From an uncultured Thermococci archaeon (GTDB lineage: Archaea; Methanobacteriota_B; Thermococci; Thermococcales; Thermococcaceae), in contig CAZTOS010000062.1 in assembly GCA_964615185.1 (NCBI GenBank), forward strand, positions 1-14,180: a stretch of 14,180 nucleotides of DNA. The letters are read 5' to 3'. The position numbers were made by a program, and so were the translations under genes. The notes beneath the pieces are model-generated. The model saw nothing but the letters and a program-made list of their open reading frames with translations. It did not search any database and was not told where the DNA came from. This document shows, piece after piece, positions 1 to 9,172 of this stretch. Every line of letters begins with the position of its first letter. Positions within the stretch are counted from its first letter, which is position 1.

Positions 1-82
1 CACCAGATTTAATCTTTCTAATTAGTGTTGGCTTGCTGATACCCAAGAGTTGTGAAGCCTTACCTGTTCGATAGAGCCTCAT
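1..82 (-). CDS. tnpA: IS607-family transposase TnpA (MerR-type HTH + serine recombinase), N-terminal 27 aa; runs off the window edge
   Basis: Manual translation from ATG at 82 (minus) gives MRLYRTGKASQLLGISKPTLIRKIKSG..., the YRTG-AS-LLGIS-TL MerR/excisionase-like HTH typical of IS607 TnpA N-termini. RBS GGAGG at 91-95. Not in the ORF track. Only the HTH is visible, so another HTH protein cannot be excluded. Confidence 0.75.
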   Translation of the reverse strand, partial: MRLYRTGKASQLLGISKPTLIRKIKSG

Positions 83-157
83 ACAACACTCCTCCAAAAC
101 AAATTATGAAACGAAAATATTTAAACTTTACGCTTTTAACTATTTATGAGACAGCCC
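1..157 (-). mobile_element. Putative left end of an IS607-family insertion sequence
   Basis: tnpA-like start; TATA box TTTAAATA (118-125, minus); imperfect direct repeats at 98-112 and 138-152 (12/15 identical); GGGCTGT (157-151, minus), which fits the GG crossover dinucleotide of IS607 elements. The boundary is inferred. Confidence 0.55.
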
Positions 158-449
158 AAAGTCATGTGTTATAAAGAGATATGTAGCTTCTGCAATTTTT
201 TGCATTATTTAGTAATATATCAGCAACACTTTAAGAAACAAAGAATATATAAGCATTATCTTTAAAGTTTAAATAAACAGAGAAGTGTAAAAATTGACAT
301 ACTGGCTGATTTTTTATAAAAACAGTCTGAGTAACTTCTGATTATGCATAAAAATCATTATTATATTTTCTTTGTATTAACAATTATCACAGCCCCAATT
401 CTCATAATTTTTCACTATAAAATTTAAACCTCTGGAAATAGTTTATACT

Positions 450-469
450 TATAAAAAAAATGGAAAATT
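450..469 (-). terminator. Probable oligo-T terminator of mpgS
   Basis: The minus strand reads TTTTCCATTTTTTTTA just after the stop codon at 470; T-tracts terminate transcription in Thermococcales. Confidence 0.5.
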
Positions 470-1654
470 TCACAAATCAAGCCTAAGCAATGTCTCTGAG
501 TTGTTCTCAACGATTTTCATCCATTTTTTGACATCAACATCTTTAATCGGGGGCATTACAGTAGGTTTTGGAGGCTCTTCATTTTCTCCGATTATGCTGT
601 GCATTCTCAGGTCTTCAAGTATCTTTCTCTTAAGAGTGTCTGAGGCCAAAGTGGAGTGATATATTGTTGCGAGAGACATCAAAATCATTTCTTTCACATG
701 CTTTTGTCCCTTATCCTCATGGAAGTGCGGGTTAAGGGTTTCGATTTGGAATATCTCAATTCCCTGGTCAAAGATATTCTGATACTCCTCAACACTTTCC
801 CATCTTCCAAATCTTTCGAGGAGATAGACTATCTCATACGGCTCTATTGAGTAGCCAGTTGAAAATGGCATTATCTCAGCCAGTTTCATCGTTATTGCAT
901 GTTCCCCAGCATTGCCAGTGACCATTATCGTAGTTTCAAAGGCAGTTTGTTCGCTTATGAGTTGATTGAGATAGCGGTTTGTAATTTCGCTTACCCTCCC
1001 CCATTTTTTGAAGTACAAGCTACCCTTTGTAACTTTGGGCTTATGTCTCCAGTGAAGGCGGACCATTGTATATTCACTCTCACTCATGAGAAATCCAGCA
1101 GCATAGTCTTTCACATATTCATTAACCGCTCCAGGAATGTAATTATCAGCATCAACAAATCCTACATATTTTGCACCAATCGCTTTTGCAAGCAAAATTC
1201 CAATGACCATTCCCTCACCTTTGCCACTCCTAACATTCCCATTTTCATCGAGTATTGCAGTATAGCCAACTTTTTCAAATGCCTTAGCTATTCCGGTATC
1301 TTTTTGATGAACCATGATAATTTTTGAATGGGTTAGATTATAGAAGTGTTTAACTAAATCTACCTCTTGCCTATATCGGTTGGGACCTTCTCTTTTGCTG
1401 TTCGAGACTATGATTATAGGACACTTGTGAGGTATTGCCTTCAAAACACCATCAATCAAATGTAACTTTTCATTTTTCATTGGAACAACAACCGCCATTT
1501 CTCCCAGTGTGCGATAAATGTCTTCCCTCGGAATGTTCATGACAGTAAACATCGGCACTTCCTCTGTCTCAGTGTCCATTTTGAGGAGCTTTTGCAATTC
1601 ATAAATCTTAACAGCTCCGAATATTTCCTTATAAACAGGAGCTTCTAAAAGCAT
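470..1654 (-). CDS. mpgS: Mannosyl-3-phosphoglycerate synthase (GT55; mannosylglycerate osmolyte synthesis)
   Basis: 394 aa, [15 protein letters not shown] start, [22 protein letters not shown] (DxD), [22 protein letters not shown], as in Pyrococcus/Thermococcus MpgS. RBS GGAGGTGA at 1659-1666. Confidence 0.96.
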   Translation of the reverse strand: MLLEAPVYKEIFGAVKIYELQKLLKMDTETEEVPMFTVMNIPREDIYRTLGEMAVVVPMKNEKLHLIDGVLKAIPHKCPIIIVSNSKREGPNRYRQEVDLVKHFYNLTHSKIIMVHQKDTGIAKAFEKVGYTAILDENGNVRSGKGEGMVIGILLAKAIGAKYVGFVDADNYIPGAVNEYVKDYAAGFLMSESEYTMVRLHWRHKPKVTKGSLYFKKWGRVSEITNRYLNQLISEQTAFETTIMVTGNAGEHAITMKLAEIMPFSTGYSIEPYEIVYLLERFGRWESVEEYQNIFDQGIEIFQIETLNPHFHEDKGQKHVKEMILMSLATIYHSTLASDTLKRKILEDLRMHSIIGENEEPPKPTVMPPIKDVDVKKWMKIVENNSETLLRLDL

Positions 1655-1683
1655 ATTATCACCTCCAGACGATTAGAATGAAG

Positions 1684-1700
1684 TTTAAACCTTTGAAAAT
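1684..1700 (-). promoter_or_regulatory. BRE/TATA promoter candidate for mpgS
   Basis: Minus strand TTTTCAAAGGTTTAAAC, with the TATA box about 30 nt upstream of the ATG. A second TATA-like TTTTATATA lies at 1757-1765. Confidence 0.55.
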
Positions 1701-1786
1701 CACTAAAGGGTATCAAAGCCTTAAATGAAACTCCACAAGTTATTAGTAAATTTGTGTATATAAAATTTACCAAAGAAAGAAAAGTG

Positions 1787-3259
<1,473 letters not shown>

Positions 3260-3272
3260 AGAACAGCTAAAT

Positions 3273-3842
3273 TCATTCCTTCCACTTTGGATTGTCTTTA
3301 ACGATTACTTTTCCATCTTCTTCAACGACTATCTTTGAAAAGCCCTTCTCCTTTATCGTTCCGTAGTCATGGCCCGCATCAGCTGGATAGACAGCCAAGA
3401 ATATGAAGGGTTCATCTCCTGTATTGACTGTTCTATGAGCCCAGTAGGGTGGAACGTAAACAATTGTCCCGGGCTTCATTTCAATAAACCTCGCGTCTCC
3501 CTCTGGTGTCTGCAAGAGCATGCCCCCTTTTCCTTTCAAAGCAAAGTATATTTCTGCTCTATCAGCCTTTGCATGATAGTGACCCTTTGTAAAGAAGAAT
3601 TCATCCCCAACCTTCCCCGGGTATAAAACCGTTGTTGCAAAGTTTAAATCTCCATCTTTCTTCTCCTGCTCAACTGCATAGACCTCGTAGACAACTGGAT
3701 CTTCTTTTTCTACAAGCTGTTTCCATGCCTCCTCATCAAGGAAATATCCCTTCATGTCGCTCAGCTTTCTCACTAACTTTTTGGCATTTTCAATTATTCC
3801 AGTTTCGAAATCGAGCTTAACACCGAATGGCTCTTTGTACAT
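3273..3842 (-). CDS. pgiA: Cupin-type glucose-6-phosphate isomerase
   Basis: MYKEPFGVK.DFETGIIE start, TKGHYH, RAE, VYVPPYWAHRTVN and AGHDYG, as in P. furiosus/T. litoralis PGI. RBS GAGGTGA at 3848-3854 supports the start at 3842; 189 aa. Confidence 0.97.
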   Translation of the reverse strand: MYKEPFGVKLDFETGIIENAKKLVRKLSDMKGYFLDEEAWKQLVEKEDPVVYEVYAVEQEKKDGDLNFATTVLYPGKVGDEFFFTKGHYHAKADRAEIYFALKGKGGMLLQTPEGDARFIEMKPGTIVYVPPYWAHRTVNTGDEPFIFLAVYPADAGHDYGTIKEKGFSKIVVEEDGKVIVKDNPKWKE

Positions 3843-3876
3843 CAGCATCACCTCTAATATAGCCTAATGCAGCAGG

Positions 3877-3893
3877 TATTTTAACTTTTCCCC
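3877..3893 (-). promoter_or_regulatory. BRE/TATA promoter of pgiA
   Basis: Minus strand GGGGAAAAGTTAAAATA, a purine-rich BRE followed by a TATA box, about 35 nt upstream of the start codon. Confidence 0.6.
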
Positions 3894-3897
3894 TATG

Positions 3898-3914
3898 TAT
3901 CACCGAAGGTGTTA
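3898..3914. promoter_or_regulatory. Thermococcales Glycolytic Motif (TGM), TrmBL1/Tgr binding site
   Basis: TATCAC-CGAAG-GTGTTA matches TATCAC-N5-GTGATA with one mismatch and lies upstream of a glycolytic gene. Confidence 0.8.
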
Positions 3915-3919
3915 AAGAA

Positions 3920-4504
3920 TTAAACCAGGGACCTTAGAACATACGCTATCCCAATTGCAACAGCCCAATAGGCAGCGTTCCACTTGAGGACTTTGTAGCC
4001 ATCGAGAGGTGGAAACGGCAAAAGATTGAAGAACGCTATCCAGAAGTTCACTATGGCAGTGTAGAATAAGGAGATCATCGCATGAAGTGGAAGCGATAAA
4101 GTCTTCAGCAAAATTAAAGCAACCATTCCAACTATTATATTCGTTAATGGTCCGGATAGGCTTATCCATCCTTCTGCTTCTCTATCTTCCCAATACTGAT
4201 AAGGGGCATAGATGTAAACAGCTCCCAATGCGGCAAAAAATATTGCATGACCAAATACTATCTTCCCAATTATACCAAGCAAGAGAGCTATTACAATCCC
4301 AGTATCCCATCGCTTGTAGAACGCTATGTACCCATATTTCTTTGCAACCTGTCTGTGAGCCAGTTCATGAAAAACAAAAGCTGTCAAGACAGCTAAAGCT
4401 ACATAGGGCATGTTCTTCAGCTCAAAGTTTGAGAACAGAATCAACAGAACTATATATGAAATTATTAAATCTTCAAGCTCTTGCCTTTTAAAATCTCTAA
4501 TCAA
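3920..4504 (-). CDS. Site-2 protease family (M50) intramembrane zinc metalloprotease
   Basis: HELAH (HExxH), SLSGPLTN and FNLLPFPPLDG motifs with several hydrophobic segments; TTG start with a GGAGGT RBS at 4509-4514. Confidence 0.9.
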   Translation of the reverse strand: MIRDFKRQELEDLIISYIVLLILFSNFELKNMPYVALAVLTAFVFHELAHRQVAKKYGYIAFYKRWDTGIVIALLLGIIGKIVFGHAIFFAALGAVYIYAPYQYWEDREAEGWISLSGPLTNIIVGMVALILLKTLSLPLHAMISLFYTAIVNFWIAFFNLLPFPPLDGYKVLKWNAAYWAVAIGIAYVLRSLV

Positions 4505-4506
4505 AG

Positions 4507-4686
4507 TTACCTCCCCCTGATTTCAATTTTCTTTCCTAAGACAAGCTCCGCAGCTTTTACAGCAGAACCTCCAGTACCAACGGCAATCCTCACTTGATCC
4601 TTTGGAACATACACTATTATCCTATCCCCAGAATACTCGACATCTATTATATCAACACGAAGCATTTGCCTTAGGCGTTTTATCAT
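4507..4686 (-). CDS. Small single KH-domain (NusA-like) protein, 59 aa
   Basis: Manual translation: MIKRLRQMLRVDIIDVEYSGDRIIVYVPKDQVRIAVGTGGSAVKAAELVLGKKIEIRGR*. It has a GxxG loop (AVGTGG) and a GKKIEI tail as in type II KH domains. TATA TTTATAT at 4719-4725. Below the ORF-track length cutoff. Confidence 0.85.
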   Translation of the reverse strand: MIKRLRQMLRVDIIDVEYSGDRIIVYVPKDQVRIAVGTGGSAVKAAELVLGKKIEIRGR

Positions 4687-4739
4687 CCATCATCCCCAAG
4701 GTAGATTGAGACGCTCAAATATAAACCTTAGCACTTGCC

Positions 4740-4916
4740 TTAATCAAAATCCCAAATAGTTCTTCCTTTATAAAACATCATTACATAGCCACAGTTTTTG
4801 CAGATGACTATCTTAACTTTGTGAGCCGTAAAACCCCATTTACTGTCCAGTTTTCCTTCCTCAACTTGAAAATCTGTTCCACCACACAATGGACATCTTA
4901 ACTGCTGTCTTTCCAT
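4740..4916 (-). CDS. Zinc-ribbon protein (DUF2082-like), 58 aa
   Basis: CPLCGG...CKNCGY zinc-binding pairs; RBS GGTGAGG at 4920-4926 supports the ATG at 4916. Confidence 0.85.
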   Translation of the reverse strand: MERQQLRCPLCGGTDFQVEEGKLDSKWGFTAHKVKIVICKNCGYVMMFYKGRTIWDFD

Positions 4917-4935
4917 AATCCTCACCAAAACAATA

Positions 4936-5616
4936 TCACCCTGCCGGTATAAAAGCCTTATGTGAGTTCAATATCCTCTCTACACCTTTTTTATGTCCCA
5001 AACCGACAACTGCAATGACCTTAGGTTTTTTAATGCCTTTCGCTTTTAAACTGTCTACAATAGCCATCAAATTCCTGCCCATTATTTCGTTTCTCTCCTC
5101 AAGGAGAACCTGATACAGATATGGATACCTTCTCTTGAACTGAATCATCATGATTTTGAAATCTTGAAGCAAATCTCTTTCCTCCCCTTTTCTCGGAAGA
5201 GGTAAGAATACTGCTAAACTTTCAAGAATAAGGAGCATCTTTTCTCTAAAAGGTGCTTTAAGAATCTTCATTGTTATGACATTTATGTCTTCATCTATGA
5301 GATACAAGGGGATTCCCAAAAGTCCAGCCAGAGTTATTGCTTCTATCATCTCTCCACCGGGCATCATGCCAAACTCCTTTCCCAGTTTCTCCTCAACTTT
5401 TGTGAGGATATACTGGATGATCCCTCTCCTGCCATATTTAACTGCATCTTCAAAGCTCATTTTCTGTGGATTTTGGATTGCATAGAATCGTCTCTTATCA
5501 AGCTCTATAGCTATTGCATGCGGTTTTTCTTTTAGTATTGTTTTCCTAACTCTCTCTTTGCTCTCTGGAGAGACGTGCATTGTTCCAATGACCTTAACGT
5601 ATCGAAGATAGCTCAT
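4936..5616 (-). CDS. TraB/GumN (TRABD, PrgY-like) domain protein
   Basis: IGTMHVS, IELDKRR, PGGEM, LIDED, ERNEIM and AVVGLGH motifs; GGGTGA RBS before the ATG at 5616; overlaps the end of rnz. Confidence 0.88.
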   Translation of the reverse strand: MSYLRYVKVIGTMHVSPESKERVRKTILKEKPHAIAIELDKRRFYAIQNPQKMSFEDAVKYGRRGIIQYILTKVEEKLGKEFGMMPGGEMIEAITLAGLLGIPLYLIDEDINVITMKILKAPFREKMLLILESLAVFLPLPRKGEERDLLQDFKIMMIQFKRRYPYLYQVLLEERNEIMGRNLMAIVDSLKAKGIKKPKVIAVVGLGHKKGVERILNSHKAFIPAG

Positions 5617-6517
5617 AATTTTCACCCTTGAAGCTTATTTTATCAAAATCTTTTGGCACTATAAATTTATGGCTGCATAACTGCTTCGCTTTTTGGAGAT
5701 ATTCACCATATTTATATCTCGGAGCTCTGTGGAACAAAGCCAAAAGCTTGACTTTAGCCTTTTCTGCAACCTCACATGCCTCGTTCACCGTCGTGTGGTA
5801 ACTTTCTCCTCTCTCTTCCTCGGTTAGGTAAGTTGCCTCATGAATAAGCAAATCCGCCTTTTCTGAGAACAGCCTAACTCTCCCACAAGGCTCTGTATCC
5901 CCAGTATAAACTATTTTAACACCTTTTTTAGGTCTTCCAGTAACATCTTCAAGGTGAATAACCCTTCCATTGATTTCGATTTTTCCCTTAAGCTCAAGCT
6001 CCTTCATCCAGGGACCAGGTTTTAAGCCGAGTTCCCTAATCTTTTCCAAATCAAAGTTTCCACGCTTGTCTCTTTCCTTAAACACATATCCCAAAGCAGG
6101 AATGCCGTGTTCAACCTTAAAGCTCCAAATTTCATAATCCCCAAATTTCAGCCTTGCCTCACCAAGCTCGTGAACATGAATTTCGAAGCTTGGAGCAAAA
6201 AAGCCGCTTTTCAAGTAGTTTTGTATAAATTCAAAGGCGTATTTAGGCCCATAAATGTGGAGAGGCCTTTCTCTGTTCCATAGGGTCATCGTCTGAATTA
6301 AGCTCATCAAGCCAAGGTAATGGTCTCCATGAAAGTGAGTTATGAAAATCTTCTCAATCCTCATTGGACTGAGCTTAGCGGTGTTAAGCTGTCTTAAAGT
6401 TCCTTCACCCACATCCCAGAGTATAATCTCGCCCTTATAGCGTAGGGCTATCGAAGGAACGTTTCTCTCTTTTGTCGGCATTATGCCTCCGGTTCCAAGG
6501 AATATTACTTCGAGCAT
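5594..6517 (-). CDS. rnz: Ribonuclease Z (tRNA 3' endonuclease)
   Basis: FLGTGG..PTKERN, DVGEGT, THFHGDH (metallo-beta-lactamase motif), GLKPGP exosite, YTGDT, HEAT and LFH motifs. Confidence 0.96.
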   Translation of the reverse strand: MLEVIFLGTGGIMPTKERNVPSIALRYKGEIILWDVGEGTLRQLNTAKLSPMRIEKIFITHFHGDHYLGLMSLIQTMTLWNRERPLHIYGPKYAFEFIQNYLKSGFFAPSFEIHVHELGEARLKFGDYEIWSFKVEHGIPALGYVFKERDKRGNFDLEKIRELGLKPGPWMKELELKGKIEINGRVIHLEDVTGRPKKGVKIVYTGDTEPCGRVRLFSEKADLLIHEATYLTEEERGESYHTTVNEACEVAEKAKVKLLALFHRAPRYKYGEYLQKAKQLCSHKFIVPKDFDKISFKGENYELSSIR

Positions 6518-6547
6518 GATTTAGAATAAGAGGAATAAGTAAAAAGG

Positions 6548-7711
6548 TTATCGCCTATTCATAAGCTTCAGGATGATTAATCCAACCATCGATGCTGAGC
6601 TCAACAGTAGTGCAGCTAAGCACTTGTAATCTTTTTTCTCTGGCTTCAAGAAATCTGGATTTGAGACATAGATGTCAACTGCATAGACATCTTCTTCGTT
6701 TATTCCCTTTAGAAGAATATAGGGAGTTATCGAGTCAAAGCCCGTAAAGACATCAAAGTAACAGTTGTCTCCCGGAAAGTTGCGTCTGCTGACAACAAGA
6801 TACCCTCCAGTAAAGCTTATCTCAAGCCTCTGAGGACCAAGAAGGATCTCACCATGACATTCTTTTGAATATCCCTTCATCAGACATATTCTACCGTCTT
6901 TCAAGTAAAGTTTCATCTCCTTATCCCCAGGATTACCATAAAAGTTCAGTAACAGTACGTCCCCTTCTGTATAGAAGAATTCAAGGTTAATTGTAACCCG
7001 TTTAAATGCATCCCAGTATCCAAAAAGTGCCGTGAAGTTTTTGAAAATCACTATATACCTCTTCCCTTTGCTTTCTTCAATCGGAGCGATTGCATAAACA
7101 TAAACGTCAACATCCTTCCATCCTCTTACTCTTAGGGTGAAATTTCCAGATAGGTCAATGCTCCTCGTGTCAATCAGCCATGAACCCTCTCCAATGTATT
7201 TTGGATTAAAATTCAGCGTTTCGTTCTTAAGCATCAATTCAACGCTTAGCTCTGCAGAGGATGCATGAGTTTTATTGTCTATCAGAAGTGATGTCACTAC
7301 ATAAATCGCCACAACCTTCCATGGTGAAAACACGGTAAAGACACTTCCTTTCTTATTGGGATGCAGAGCTTTTCCACACGTACATTCTTCCCGGTGCAAC
7401 CCTTGGACTCACGTGGAAGACTGGGATTAAATTTACATCAAGCCTACATGGGGCCTTTAATATGAGTGAAACATTTCCTCCAACCTGAGGATTAAGCTCG
7501 AAAGTTCCTTCAGGTAAGGGGAGTGCCTCGACTTCACTGCCAGTACTCCAGTTTAGAATTAGCAAAGCCTGACCAGAACAATTTGAAGTATAATTCACCT
7601 TGAGGTGTTCAAGAATGTGTCCTTTTGGAACTTGATGCTCCAGCTGTTACTCCATGCCGAAACTGGGGGCAAAACAAGAAGAATTAACAAAAGCATTGCT
7701 GTCTTTTTCAC
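6548..7711 (-). pseudogene. Fourth surface-protein paralog, disrupted by two frameshifts (about 387 codons if repaired)
   Basis: GTG start at 7711 overlaps the upstream stop. The signal-peptide frame MKKTAMLLLILLVLPPVSAW... stops at 7595. A second frame (about 7645-7353) reads EHQVPKGHILEHLKVNYTS, similar to KIPHGYKLKGFDVYFNTS in the paralog. The 6548-7399 ORF carries the shared W...C..C region and a TM helix ending in RR. Confidence 0.75.
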
Positions 7712-9168
7712 CTTTTGCACCTCCAAATAAGCACAGTTAGAAGACCAGAATAAAACACAAGTAAAGCAATGACGACTTTCAACAGCTTAACTTCCTCAAT
7801 GAGTCCAAAACTTATGGGACATACATAGTAGTTGAGGGAGCGCTTTGCCTCAAATTTTGCTCCCAGTATGAACGCTCCATTCGTGAGATGTTTAATCGCT
7901 ATCGGCAGGTCAACTTCAATGCTCAAGAGTTTGTCCTTTATATCAGATTCATAAAATGTTTCATACTGGTAAACATTGAGAAATCTCTTCCCGTTGTCAG
8001 ACCTCTCAAGAGCTATGAGCAACTTAAGATAATGCTTTCCCGTCCATCCATTAAGTTGGGAACACTTCTTAAGCTTTCCAAACTCTGGATGCTCTATCAT
8101 GGCACACACTTTATTGTCCTCAATCCATACCCTCCCACCATTCCTATACACTCCCTTCTCGTCAGAGGGAAAGTAAAAAGACAGCAAAGAAACATCACTT
8201 TTGTTTTTGTAAATCTCAACATAGTAATTCACTTCATCCCAGGGTTTCAGGGAGAGGTTTAACTCAACAGATGTTGGTTTGATTTTGAATATTTCCCTAT
8301 TCACGAAAGCTATGCCAGGTGTAAAGTAAGCCCTCTCAACTTCACATCGCTTATCAATCCTCAGCTCACCCTCTAAGGGTAAATGACCAGGAGAAAAGTC
8401 GTGGAAATATAACTTTTTCTCATTTTCCCCAGTATAGACTTTTACTTCATACGCAGACTTACCGTCCACTTCAAAAGGACACTCGGAATACAGAGAAAGA
8501 ACTTTCTCACCCCTATATGTATCAATTTTGCCGAGGGTAAAATACCCAAAAATCTTTCCAAGCTCTACCCTTCGCCTGATTATCCCCCCACCATAAGTTG
8601 TTGGAGTCACTATTTTGCTCTCTGCAAAATCCTTTGGAATGAAAAAGACTGTTAAGTTCACAGCATTTACATTCTCGATTTTTCCAGCAATTTTTAACGT
8701 CGCATTTTTCTCTATTTTGAGCTCGTAAAGCTCTTTATCCCCATAATAAATGTAGTTGCACGCCTTCTCCCAAATTCCATTCCTAATTGACTCCTCTGTA
8801 AAGCATTTTAATTTATACGTTCCATTGTCTGTAATGACTTCAACACGCCCATTCCAGAAGGGAACTCCAACATAAACATCACTATAATTCCCCTTATAGG
8901 GGTACACCACTACGACTCCGATCCTTTCAAGATAGTAGTTTTCAGGAATTTTGATTGGAAGTGAAACATTGACAATGCCTTTCTCAACAGTGAAATTATA
9001 CGTGATGTTCCTAAATGGCTTGTACAGCTCTTCTTGAGTTATCGTAAAGTTCCAAATGTTTGAAATGCTCCGATATTCTTCAGGGACATAGTAAACAAAG
9101 CTTGCAAGTGCTGGGGATGAGAAAAGTAACAAAATTGCAAATACTCCAGATACCTCGGCAACTCTCAT
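7708..9168 (-). CDS. Uncharacterised secreted, C-terminally anchored cell-surface glycoprotein (486 aa)
   Basis: Signal peptide (..LLLFSSPALA), about 10 N-x-S/T sequons, beta-rich sequence, C-terminal TM helix followed by WRCKR; RBS GGAGGTGA at 9173-9180 sets the start at 9168. Confidence 0.85.
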   Translation of the reverse strand: MRVAEVSGVFAILLLFSSPALASFVYYVPEEYRSISNIWNFTITQEELYKPFRNITYNFTVEKGIVNVSLPIKIPENYYLERIGVVVVYPYKGNYSDVYVGVPFWNGRVEVITDNGTYKLKCFTEESIRNGIWEKACNYIYYGDKELYELKIEKNATLKIAGKIENVNAVNLTVFFIPKDFAESKIVTPTTYGGGIIRRRVELGKIFGYFTLGKIDTYRGEKVLSLYSECPFEVDGKSAYEVKVYTGENEKKLYFHDFSPGHLPLEGELRIDKRCEVERAYFTPGIAFVNREIFKIKPTSVELNLSLKPWDEVNYYVEIYKNKSDVSLLSFYFPSDEKGVYRNGGRVWIEDNKVCAMIEHPEFGKLKKCSQLNGWTGKHYLKLLIALERSDNGKRFLNVYQYETFYESDIKDKLLSIEVDLPIAIKHLTNGAFILGAKFEAKRSLNYYVCPISFGLIEEVKLLKVVIALLVFYSGLLTVLIWRCKR

Positions 9169-9172
9169 GAGT

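Noticed and set aside
425..445. CCTCTGGAAAT (and AAATGAAACTCC near 1723-1734) as origin recognition boxes in AT-rich DNA
   Set aside because: Only partial matches, with no G-string, no repeated ORBs and no adjacent cdc6; a promoter reading fits better.
1698..1714. AATCAC-TAAAG-GGTATC as a TGM upstream of mpgS
   Set aside because: The right half-site is out of register and has too many mismatches.
4936..5616. TraB as evidence of a conjugative element
   Set aside because: This is the widespread TraB/GumN (pheromone-shutdown-like) domain in a housekeeping context; no conjugation genes are nearby.
6548..7399. Independent 283-aa gene starting at TTG 7399
   Set aside because: It has no RBS and no signal peptide, although its paralogs have both; it is better explained as the 3' part of a frameshifted gene starting at 7711.
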